The position numbers and the translations under genes are program-made. A stretch of DNA of 64,000 nucleotides from an uncultured Clostridia bacterium (lineage in GTDB: Bacteria; Bacillota; Clostridia; TANB77; CAG-508): contig CANQCW010000001.1 in NCBI GenBank assembly GCA_947591055.1, forward strand, positions 1,975 through 65,974, written 5' to 3'. The notes beneath the pieces are model-generated. The model saw nothing but the letters and a program-made list of their open reading frames with translations. It made no database searches and had not been told where the DNA came from. Shown here piece after piece: positions 20,071-29,700 of the stretch (the stretch's first letter is position 1; the number at the start of each line of letters is the position of its first letter).

Positions 20071-20883
20071 ATGAAACATAACAAAACAGGGATGATTGGT
20101 ATAATTATTACAATAATTGTTTTAATTGTAGTAGTTGTATTATCAAATATGGGAACAAATCAAATGCAAAATATGCAAACAGTTGTAAGTAAGTTTTTTA
20201 TGCCATTTCAAAATGGATATATTTTTATAAAAAATAAGATAACCGGTAATGAACAGCAAATAAGTGATATTGAAGGATTAAAAAATGAAAATTCAGCTTT
20301 ACGAGAAGAAAATTCTAAGCTCAAAGAACAAGTTAGGGAACTTGAAATATTAAAATCAGAAAACAATACATTAAAAGAATATGTTAATTTAAAAAATAAA
20401 TATGCTGATTATGCAACGGTTCCAGCAAATGTAATTGAAAGAAGTTATAGTAATTATGACAAAATAATAATTATTAATGTTGGAACAAATGATGGAATAA
20501 AAGAAAATATGCCAGTTATATCAGAATCAGGTTTAGTAGGAAGAATTTTATCAGTAACAGATACAACATCAAAAGTTCAAACAATTATTGATACAGCAAG
20601 TACAGTAAGCGCAACAATTTCAACAGCATCAGAAAGTATATTACTTAAAGGAACGTTGTCAGAAATAAATAATTTAAAGGCAACATCAATACCAGTTGAA
20701 ACAAGCATACTTCAAGGAGACCAAGTAATTACATCAGGATTTGGAGGTATTTTTCCTAAAGGAATATTAATAGGAACAATAAATGGTGTTGTTAATACGC
20801 AAAATGAATTAGATAGATATGCTTTGGTTACTCCAGCAACGGATTTTTCAAAATTAGAAACAGTATTAGTAATAACTCAATAA
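20071..20883 (+). CDS. mreC: Rod shape-determining protein MreC
   Basis: N-terminal TM, a coiled coil (ALREENSKLKEQVRELEILKSEN), and a C-terminal beta domain (SGLVGRILSV..TSGFGGIFPKGILIG). Confidence 0.85.
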   Translation: MKHNKTGMIGIIITIIVLIVVVVLSNMGTNQMQNMQTVVSKFFMPFQNGYIFIKNKITGNEQQISDIEGLKNENSALREENSKLKEQVRELEILKSENNTLKEYVNLKNKYADYATVPANVIERSYSNYDKIIIINVGTNDGIKENMPVISESGLVGRILSVTDTTSKVQTIIDTASTVSATISTASESILLKGTLSEINNLKATSIPVETSILQGDQVITSGFGGIFPKGILIGTINGVVNTQNELDRYALVTPATDFSKLETVLVITQ

Positions 20884-20910
20884 ATATTAATTTTAATAAA
20901 GGAGAAAAAA

Positions 20911-21444
20911 TTGAAAAAATTTAAAGGAATATGTATTATAATACTTCTATTTTATATAATATACTTTTTCCAAATTAATTTTTTTTCTTGGTTTACTATT
21001 AGAGGAATTATGCCTAATATTTTTATAATTTTAATATTATTTTTAGGATTATTTGCTGGAAAAAAAATTGGAGGAATATTTGGCCTTATATTTGGAATTA
21101 TTTTAGATATATTAATTGGAAAAAATTTTGGATTTAATGGAATATTTCTAGCAATAATTGGGCTACTTGGAGAATATTTTGATAAAAACTTTTCAAAAGA
21201 TAATAGAGTAACAATAATTTTGATGACTGCCGGATCAACAATTTTATTTGAATTATGTATGTATATAGTTAATATTTTAAAATTTCATATAGAAGTAGAA
21301 ATATTACCATTTATTTTAACATTATTAATTGAAACAATATATAATGTATTTTTAGTAATAATATTTTATCCAGGAATAAAAAAATTAGGATATTATTTAG
21401 AAAATATATTTAAAAATAAAAAATTAATTACAAGATATTTTTAG
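20911..21444 (+). CDS. mreD: Rod shape-determining protein MreD
   Basis: 177-aa polytopic membrane protein directly after mreC. TTG start 4 nt after an AAGGAG RBS. Confidence 0.7.
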   Translation: MKKFKGICIIILLFYIIYFFQINFFSWFTIRGIMPNIFIILILFLGLFAGKKIGGIFGLIFGIILDILIGKNFGFNGIFLAIIGLLGEYFDKNFSKDNRVTIILMTAGSTILFELCMYIVNILKFHIEVEILPFILTLLIETIYNVFLVIIFYPGIKKLGYYLENIFKNKKLITRYF

Positions 21445-21465
21445 AATTTAATTTTGGAGGACAAA

Positions 21466-21669
21466 TTGAAAAATAAAAATGGTACTAAAATTAGATTTAA
21501 CATTTTAATTGCATTAGTTTATATGATTGGTATTATACTTCTTATATCATTATTTAATTTGCAGATAGTTCACGGAGAAGAATATAGACAAACATCAAAT
21601 ACAAGACTAACTAGGGAAAAGACTATAACAGCAGCAAGAGGAAATATATTAGATTCTAGCCGGAAATAA
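21466..21669 (+). CDS. mrdA: Penicillin-binding protein 2 (MrdA), N-terminal TM anchor fragment; frame broken by an extra C at 21661
   Basis: TTG start after a GGAGG RBS. TM helix then LQIVHGEEYRQ..RGNILDSS, then in-frame CGG(21661-21663)-AAA-TAA. The +1 frame gives GNKLVSTTM.. continuing into ORF 21686. Confidence 0.7.
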   Translation: MKNKNGTKIRFNILIALVYMIGIILLISLFNLQIVHGEEYRQTSNTRLTREKTITAARGNILDSSRK

Positions 21670-21685
21670 ACTAGTATCCACAACA

Positions 21686-23524
21686 ATGTTCTATAATGTG
21701 GAAATCTATAAAACAAAAATAGATAATGATACATTAAATAATACACTTTTGCAGGTTGCAAAAACTCTTGAAGAAAATGGAGATAAATATATAGATAATT
21801 TTCCAATAAAAATAAATCCTTATGAATTTAAAGAAATAAATGTAGATAATTGGAAACAAGCAAATAATATTGATTTATCATTTGATGCTGAAACAACATT
21901 TAATTATTATAAAGAAAAATATAATATAAATGTAGAAAATGTTGATGATGCAAGAAAAATAATAACTTTAAGATATTTAATTGAAAAAGACGGATATAGT
22001 AATACAAAATCAGTAAAAATAGCAAGTAATATTAGTAATGCAAGTTATGCAAAATTTAATGAAATGGGCTCAAGCTTCCCAGGAATAAGTACGTATGTTG
22101 AACCAACAGTATCATATCCTTACGGAGAGCTTGCATCACACATTTTAGGATATGTAGGACCAATTAATTCAGATGAATTAGAAAAAAATCCAGAATATAC
22201 ACAAAATGATGTTATAGGTAAAACAGGAATAGAAAAGGTATTTGAAAAATATTTAAAAGGTAAAGATGGAATAAAACAGATTGATATGTCAGTAGATGGA
22301 GTTGTTACAGACGAATACATCTCAGAAACAGCAATAACCGGAAGTGATGTAGTTTTAACAATAGATGCAGACTTGCAAAAAGCTACGGAAGAAGCTTTAG
22401 CAAAAGATATTGCAGATATGCAAAATGGCGTATTAAGTGGTGCAAAAAATGCAAGTGAAGGTTCAGCAGTTGTTATTAATGTAAAAACAGGAGAAATACT
22501 TGCTATGGCAAGTTTTCCAAATTACAATCCATCACTTTTTACGGACGGAATAAGTCAAGAAAATTGGAATAATTATTTAAATGATGGTAGACATCCATTA
22601 GTAAATAAAGCAATATCTGATAAATCAGCACCAGGATCTACATTTAAATTAGTTACAGCAATAGCAGGGTTAGAGAGTGGAGCAATAGATTTAAATACAA
22701 AGATAAATGATACTTATGTCTATAAATATTATAATGATTATCAACCAAAATGTTGGCTAAGAGGGGGACACGGCTGGCAAAATGTTGTACAAGCAATAGA
22801 ACACTCTTGTAACTACTTTTTCTATGAAACCGGAAGAAGAGTAGGAATAGAAAAATTAGCAGAAGTGGCAAAATCATTTGGATTAGGTCAAAAAACAGGA
22901 GTAGAGCTTCCAGATGAAATTTCGGGAACACTGTCAAGTAATGAAGTAGATAGTGAGTGGACAGGCGGAAAAACAATACAAACAGCCATAGGCCAATTGT
23001 ACAATGACTTTACTCCATTACAAATGGCAAAATACACAGCAATGCTTGCAAATGGTGGAAAAAATATAGAAGCTACAATAATAAAATCAGTAAATAATCC
23101 TGATGGTACAAAAGTTTCAAGAAATGAAATAGAAGAATACGTAAATAGCTTGCTTAATAAAAACGGAAATAGTGGAAGTGATTTGCAATTAAGCGCAGAT
23201 ATAATAGCAACAATTAGGCAAGGTATGAAAGGCGTTACAAGTGATGACGCCGGAACTGCATATTCATATTTTAAAGACTTTAATATAGAAGTTGGAGGTA
23301 AAACAGGTTCTGCATCTACAAATAATGGAACAAATGCTTGGTTTATTGGATTTGCACCATTTGATGACCCAGAAATAGCAGTTGCAGTATATGTAAAAAA
23401 TGGTGAACATGGTGGATATACAGCTCCAGTTGCTAGAGCAATATTTGCTCAATATTTAGGTATGAACGCTTCACAAATTACAGAAGATACAACAGTTTCA
23501 TCATATATGCAAATTGTAAGATAA
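21686..23524 (+). CDS. mrdA: Penicillin-binding protein 2 (MrdA), dimerisation plus transpeptidase domains (continuation of 21466)
   Basis: SxxK motif SAPGSTFK, SxN motif SCN, and KTG motif GGKTGSA. Last gene of the mreBCD-mrdA cluster. Confidence 0.85.
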   Translation: MFYNVEIYKTKIDNDTLNNTLLQVAKTLEENGDKYIDNFPIKINPYEFKEINVDNWKQANNIDLSFDAETTFNYYKEKYNINVENVDDARKIITLRYLIEKDGYSNTKSVKIASNISNASYAKFNEMGSSFPGISTYVEPTVSYPYGELASHILGYVGPINSDELEKNPEYTQNDVIGKTGIEKVFEKYLKGKDGIKQIDMSVDGVVTDEYISETAITGSDVVLTIDADLQKATEEALAKDIADMQNGVLSGAKNASEGSAVVINVKTGEILAMASFPNYNPSLFTDGISQENWNNYLNDGRHPLVNKAISDKSAPGSTFKLVTAIAGLESGAIDLNTKINDTYVYKYYNDYQPKCWLRGGHGWQNVVQAIEHSCNYFFYETGRRVGIEKLAEVAKSFGLGQKTGVELPDEISGTLSSNEVDSEWTGGKTIQTAIGQLYNDFTPLQMAKYTAMLANGGKNIEATIIKSVNNPDGTKVSRNEIEEYVNSLLNKNGNSGSDLQLSADIIATIRQGMKGVTSDDAGTAYSYFKDFNIEVGGKTGSASTNNGTNAWFIGFAPFDDPEIAVAVYVKNGEHGGYTAPVARAIFAQYLGMNASQITEDTTVSSYMQIVR

Positions 23525-23947
23525 TAGAAACCATTTATTTGGTTATAATAAATTTCTAGATATAAAATTTATAATTTTTAATTTATAATTTCTAATTTAT
23601 ATTTTATATCTAGAAAAATATTTTATAAAATTATTATTTAAGTTATTATTAATTATATAATTATTTTATTATTTAATTTATTAATTTATTAATTTATTAA
23701 TTTATTATTTTATTATTTTAATATTTAATTATTAAATCATTTAATTAAATAAATCAAATTTTTTAATTTTTTATTTAAAATTTAAATTATTTAATCATTT
23801 TTTAATTAATTTTTAATTATTTTTTAATTATTCTTTAAAATTAACCCAAAAATTATTAAATTTAATCAAAAATTTATTATTTTAATATTTATATTAACAT
23901 TGACGAAAAATCGTAAATATTATAAAATAATATAGAAAGGAAATTAT
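23525..23947. repeat. ~420-bp almost pure A/T satellite-like spacer with TTAATTTAT-type tandem repeats and a 15-bp inverted repeat
   Basis: TTAATTTATTAATTTATTAATTTATTA.. and ATTATTTTATTATTTTA.. tandem units. Inverted repeat TTCTAGATATAAAAT (23556-23570) / ATTTTATATCTAGAA (23598-23612). No G or C for long stretches. Confidence 0.6.
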
Positions 23948-25168
23948 ATGTATAAATCTTTTAATGAAACAAATGAAAAGATTGCATATACTAATGATAA
24001 AACAGATATTATTATTGATGATTCATTAATAAAAAATATTACAGATAAAACAGAAAAATCAGCAGAATTTATTAATTATATAAATTATCTGATAAATATA
24101 GAAAAAATTATTATAAAAAAGATGGAAAACTCTTTAATAATCAAAGAAAAAGAAGAAAAATATAATTACGAAAAAGATATAATTCATAATCTGCATGATA
24201 CAAGTATAAGAAAAATATTATCAAATAAAGAAGAAGTGGCATTATTTATAAATAAAGTGTTAAAACTTTCTGAAATAAATCAAGAAATAAAAGCAGATAT
24301 GCTAGAACAATATGAAACAAGTTTAATTACAAAGAGTTATTTAAATAGAGAAGCAGATATAATATATAAAAGAAAAGACATGGATGTATTTTTTCTAATT
24401 GAACACCAATCAAGAATTGATTACAATATGCCTATAAGAATAATGGAATATGTTACAGGAATAATAACAAATTATTGGTATTCAAATAAAGAAAATATAA
24501 TACATAGAAAATATCCATTAGTAATACCAATAGTTCTGTATATTGGAAAAAAGAGATGGGATGTAGAAAGGCACATAAGTGAAAGACAAGTAAGTATACC
24601 AGGATATAAAGCAGAATATGGGAAATATACAATATATGATGTAAATAATTATGAAGATGGAGAATTACTTCATGAAAAAGGAGTTTTAAGTAAAATAATT
24701 TTATTAGAAAAAACAAAGGATGAAAAAGAACTTCAAGAAAATTATATAAAAATAAGTAAAGAATATTTATCACAAGAAGAAAAAAATATGATAATAGACT
24801 ATCTATGCAATATATCATCTACAAAATTACATCCAGATAAAGTGAAGGAAATAAAAAAATTATTTATGAAAGGAGATAATACTATGTTAGCAGAAATTTT
24901 TATGGAAAAAGAAAGAAAAGCATGGTTAGGTGGAAAAAAGGAAGGAATAGAAGAAGGTAAAAGAGAAGGAATAAGAGAAGGTAAAAAAGAAGGAATAAAA
25001 GAAGGAATAAAAGAAGGAATAATACAAGGAACAATAAAAAGCAAATATGAAATAGCAAAAAAATTATTGAAAAATAATATAAGCATTGAAAATATAAAAA
25101 ATTGGACAGGCTTATCAAACAAAGAAATTAATGAGATAAAAAATAAATTAGAAAATGATGAAAAATAA
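23948..25168 (+). CDS. Rpn/YhgA-like PD-(D/E)XK recombination-promoting nuclease (putative transposase, transposase_31 family) with a C-terminal EG(I/K)KEGI octapeptide repeat and DUF4351-like module
   Basis: Core motif DVFFLIEHQSRIDYNMPIRIMEYV is typical of this family. C-terminus reads EGIEEGKREGIREGKKEGIKEGIKEGIIQG...IAKKLLKNNISIENIKNWTGLS. Confidence 0.7.
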   Translation: MYKSFNETNEKIAYTNDKTDIIIDDSLIKNITDKTEKSAEFINYINYLINIEKIIIKKMENSLIIKEKEEKYNYEKDIIHNLHDTSIRKILSNKEEVALFINKVLKLSEINQEIKADMLEQYETSLITKSYLNREADIIYKRKDMDVFFLIEHQSRIDYNMPIRIMEYVTGIITNYWYSNKENIIHRKYPLVIPIVLYIGKKRWDVERHISERQVSIPGYKAEYGKYTIYDVNNYEDGELLHEKGVLSKIILLEKTKDEKELQENYIKISKEYLSQEEKNMIIDYLCNISSTKLHPDKVKEIKKLFMKGDNTMLAEIFMEKERKAWLGGKKEGIEEGKREGIREGKKEGIKEGIKEGIIQGTIKSKYEIAKKLLKNNISIENIKNWTGLSNKEINEIKNKLENDEK

Positions 25169-25465
25169 TATAACAACTAAAAATTTATAAAAGGAGATAA
25201 TACTATGTTAGCAGAAATTTTTATGGAAAAAGAAAGAAAAGCATGGCTAGGTGGAAAAAAGGAAGGAATAGAAGAAGGTAAAAGAGAAGGAATAAAAGAA
25301 GGAATAAAAGAAGGAATAATACAAGGAACAATAAAAAGTAAATATGAAATAGCAAAAAAATTATTGAAAAACAATATAAGCATTGAAAATATAAAGAATT
25401 GGACAGGTTTATCAAACAAAGAAATTAATGAGATAAAAAAGAAATTAGAAAATGATGAAAAATGA
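24869..25465 (+). repeat. Tandem direct duplication (~300 bp and ~276 bp copies) of the 3' end of the Rpn-like gene, each copy including its AAAGGAG RBS
   Basis: Copy 1 is 24869-25168 and copy 2 is 25190-25465. They are near-identical and differ by a 24-bp (one REGIREGK-type unit) indel plus a few substitutions. Confidence 0.8.
25205..25465 (+). CDS. Stand-alone copy of the Rpn C-terminal module (DUF4351-like, 86 aa) created by the duplication
   Basis: MLAEIFMEKERKAWLGGKKEGIEEGK..IAKKLLKNNISIENIKNWTGLSNKEINEIKKKLENDEK. It has its own AAAGGAG RBS 8 nt upstream. Confidence 0.4.
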   Translation: MLAEIFMEKERKAWLGGKKEGIEEGKREGIKEGIKEGIIQGTIKSKYEIAKKLLKNNISIENIKNWTGLSNKEINEIKKKLENDEK

Positions 25466-25650
25466 AAATCATTAAAAATAATTAAAAAATTAAAAATAAT
25501 TAAATAATAATTAAATAATAATTAAATAATAATTAAATAATAATTAAATAATAATTAAAAATAATTAAAAACAATTAAAAATAATTAAAAATAAATAAAA
25601 AATAATTAAAAATAATTAAAAATAATTAAAAAATAAATAATAATATAAAA
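25466..25650. repeat. Tandem repeat array of AATAATTAAAT / AATAATTAAAA 11-12-bp units (about 14 units)
   Basis: (AATAATTAAAT)x5 followed by degenerate AATAATTAAAA units. Pure A/T. Confidence 0.8.
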
Positions 25651-25652
25651 AT

Positions 25653-25693
25653 AATCGCTTTATAAAATTACAAAAAAGCGATTATTTATTTAT
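25653..25693. terminator. Bidirectional hairpin terminator. The T-rich tail is best on the minus strand, serving gene 25852-26436.
   Basis: AATCGCTTT-13nt loop-AAAGCGATT. The complement of the upstream array gives a long U-tract for the minus-strand transcript. Confidence 0.55.
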
Positions 25694-25851
25694 TAATAAT
25701 AAAATTAAAATAATATATAAATATTTATCTTTTACGTTTTGAGTATATAAAAAATATAAAATTGCCAATATTAATAAATCATCTGTATAAAAATTGATAC
25801 CAAAAAAAGAAAATTTTCCATCTTTATCAATAGGCAAATATTTTAATATAT

Positions 25852-26436
25852 TCATTTTTTTTCACCACCGAAAAGATCTAAAAATTGTGTTATTTTTCCC
25901 ATTTTAATTAATTTTATGTATTCATCAACTTTTTCTTTTCTACCATCTCTTAAGTATGGTTTTAGTGATAATAGTAACTTACTCATGTCATCATCACCAC
26001 TATTTTTCATTTTTGCCATTATATTTTGAATTTTCATTAATGTTTCTACATCTATATTTGGCATTGCAGAATCTGAATTTTTATTTATATTTACATTTGA
26101 ACTTGAACTTGAATTTGAATTAAAATTTGAATTTGCATTTGAATATGAATTTGCACTTGTATTTGAATAAGAATTTGCATTTGAATATGAATTTTTATTT
26201 GAATTTGTATTTATATTTGTTTTTTGATTATTACAATTATTCATATTATTAAATAAATTATTATTATTTCGCATTGCATTTTGATTTTGAATATTTGGGT
26301 TGGAATAAGTTTTTTCTACATTATTATTTGAGTTTTGTATATTATTAATCAAAGATTTTATATCATCTGGAATCTGATTATTTTGAATCATCGATTGTGC
26401 TTTCTTTAACATTTCATTAAAATCATTATCGTTCAT
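25852..26436 (-). CDS. Hypothetical Asn-rich low-complexity protein with a conserved-looking charged C-terminal domain
   Basis: 194 aa. Central NSYSNANS/NSNFNSNSSSSS repeats. C-terminus DVETLMKIQNIMAKMK..LKPYLRDGRKEKVDEYIKLIKMGKITQFLDLFGG. GGAGG RBS. Confidence 0.45.
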   Translation of the reverse strand: MNDNDFNEMLKKAQSMIQNNQIPDDIKSLINNIQNSNNNVEKTYSNPNIQNQNAMRNNNNLFNNMNNCNNQKTNINTNSNKNSYSNANSYSNTSANSYSNANSNFNSNSSSSSNVNINKNSDSAMPNIDVETLMKIQNIMAKMKNSGDDDMSKLLLSLKPYLRDGRKEKVDEYIKLIKMGKITQFLDLFGGEKK

Positions 26437-26756
26437 AAATACATACCTCCTATTAACTATAATATTATATGAGCTAACTATAAAAAATGTTACTATTTTT
26501 TACAGTGAAAATTGTTTACGCGTCTGCAAGTTTGAGAGCAAAAATTGCATGAAAAATAAGCGAAATACTACAAAATTGTAATATAAACTTAATATAAAAG
26601 GCTCAAAAAGAGCTTCCGTAAATAGTTATCCAAAATATGAGAAAATCCAGTGTTGAAAATTAAATTGAAACAAATTATTATTGACTTGAATATTTTTAAT
26701 TTTAAATATTTAAATTATTAAATTACAAAATTTTCGTTAACATAAGGAGGATAGTA

Positions 26757-29700
26757 ATGTATAAATTTTCAAAGAAAATCTTATCAACAGTAATAGCTTG
26801 TGCTTTAGTTGGTTCAAATGCAATGCCTGCTATAGTTTATGCTACTGATGAAATTTATAATGATGCAAAAAATGCAATTTCAAATGTATCAAATACTGTT
26901 TCAAGTGGCGAAGCGCAAAGCAATGAGCTTTATCAAGAAGTAAATAGTAATGTAAGCGAAGAAGCGATACAATGGGAGCAAAACCCAGAAATATCAATTA
27001 GCCAAGAGTTGAAAAGATATTTAAAGTATGAAAATAAAACATTAATTAGCTTTTTAATTTCTAGTGGAATTAAAGACAATACTATCCCACTTTTGGAGAA
27101 GACAATTCAAGTGTATGTTCCAAAGATACAAGACAAAGAACCTAGCAAGATTATTGTATCTGGAAAAGATTATACATATGAAAACCAAATTTTAATTATT
27201 AAAAATAAATATAATGATGAACTTTCAAAAGATACACATTATTCAAAAGAAGATATTGAGAAAAAATTAAATTGGAATTCAAATGATGAAATTTTAGTTA
27301 CATATATATATGATGCACAAATTGAAGATTCTACTTTAAATTTACTTGCAGTAGTATCAGGTGAAACAATTGATGAAAGAAATTTTGAAGCTAAGACAGA
27401 AAATACTGACTACAATGTAAGTGAAGAAGTTGGAAATCTTTTAGAAACAACTATTTCTACAAATGAAAAAGTAAATAAAGGATATTTATATACAAATTTA
27501 TTTAAAGTAGAAAATAAATTAGAAACAAAATTTTCTTCTAATTATCAAATAAATATAGGTTTCACAGATTTAATTGATGAAATACAAGTTAAAGAAAACA
27601 ATGTAAGTGATGAAGTACTTACTAGAAAAATTACTGTTAACAAAGATGAGATTGTAAATATTCTTGGCGAAAATGGAGAAATAAAAGTTCTAGATAGCCA
27701 AAATCAAGAATTAGGTGTATTAAAAGCTGATAATTTAGAGCTTAATATAGATAGTTATGGACTTAAATTTGTAACTAGCAAGCCAACTTCGGAAGGATAC
27801 ATTAATATCAAATTAGATAAAGTACTTAATGCAAACAAAAATTATACTTTAGAAGAAGTACAAAATAAAAATGAAATTGAAGCAAGCATTGATGTAACTG
27901 GTATTTTACAAGGAAATGAAGTTTCTAATAATCATATTGAAAATAAAATTGAACTTGTTGAGCCATCATCTAATGCAAATATCAGCATAAGTAAAAATGT
28001 ATTATCAACAGTTGTAACAAATGAAAATGTTGTTATAACAGCTACATTAGAAAGAAATGATATATCAGATGCACTTTATAAAGACCCAGAGCTATTAATA
28101 ACTCTTCCAAGTCAAATTACTGGTATTAAGCTAAAAGATGCTAGACTAATTTATGAAAACGAATTAGTTCCTGTATCATTTCAAACACTTGATAATAAGA
28201 TATATTTAAGATTACAAGGTACTCAAACAGAGTATTCTTCACTTCCAAATGTTGATGGAACAGTTGTTAAAATTGTTGCTGATTTAACACTAGACAACTT
28301 AGCTGCAAATTCTGATGAAAAAATTGTTCTTCAATACACAAATAGAGTAAGAAATGAGATAAAATCAGTTGAAACACCAATAAAAATTGTAGCCCCAACT
28401 GGATTTATAACTTCTAATCATGGAACAGTAGATCAAACAGTTTCTAGTATAAGCAATGATGAAATATTATTAATTAAAGCTAATGACACAGAAAAAGGAA
28501 TTGCTCTTGGAGGAATTGTTGTAAGCAATTTAAAAGAAAATGCTAAAGGTTTAATGATATTAGGTAGATTCCCAGCAACTGAAACTAAAACAATCGACGG
28601 AAATAATGATTTAAATTCTACATATACAATTAATACTAACACACCAATAAGCGTAGAAGGAATAGATGCAGATGTTTATTATTCTGATAATGGATCTGCA
28701 ACATATGATTTAGGAAATGAACAAAATGGTTGGTCTTTAGAAAAGAAAGATACAAGCAAATCTTATTTAATAGTTTCAAAATCTGAAGTAGCTCCTGCTC
28801 AAAAAATATTATTTTCATACAATGGAATTATTCCAATGAATTTGGATTATGAAAATAAAGCATATACTCAATTTGGAGTTTACTATGACAATGAAGCAAA
28901 AGAAGGTGTAGAGAAGAATTTAATTTCTTCAAAACTATTAAGCGTTGAAACAGAAAACGTTCCAGTTATCAAAACAGAAATTATAGCAAGAAATTACATT
29001 AGTAAAGATTTAATTCAAAATGGTGGAAAAATAAGAAATGGTCAAAAGTATGAATATATAATTCGTGCTACTAATACTGGTAGAAAAGAAGCAGTAAATG
29101 TTAAAATCACTGCAAAAAGACCAGAAAATACAGCATTTTTAGTAAATACACAAAATGATACTAATGTTAATGATACATATCAAGACTATTCTGAAGAACT
29201 TTCTAAAAATATAGAAAGAATTAATCCAGGAGAAACAGTAGAATTTACATGCTTAGTTATTGCAAGTCATGTTTCAGGTGATTCACAAGGAACTTTCAGA
29301 GCTGAAGTTGTTGCAGAAAATATGGAAGGAAACAGTACAGCATCTTTTGAAAATACTTTAACTGAAGGCTCAATGGAATTAGAATTAGGCACAGAAAGCT
29401 CAGCAAGTGAAATACAAATTGGAGGAGAAATAAATTATAAATTATATATTACAAATCATAAAAGTTCATCTATCAAAAATTGCAGAGTAAACATTAATAT
29501 TCCAAAATTCATAGAGTTACAAAGTTATGATGGAGCAACTTTTGATGAAAAGACAAGAACATTAAGTTATAGTGTAGATGAAATTAATTATTTTAAATCT
29601 TTAGATTTTAAAGCAAAAGTTATATATTCAGATGAACCAAATCAAGAGATTGCATTAACTGCAGTTGGAACATTTGACGGTGCAGAAGAAGAAATAAAAT

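Noticed and set aside
25466-25650. Possible CRISPR array (regular short repeats)
   Set aside because: The 11-12-bp units are contiguous with no unique spacers, are pure A/T, and there is no cas gene nearby. This is a microsatellite-like tandem repeat.
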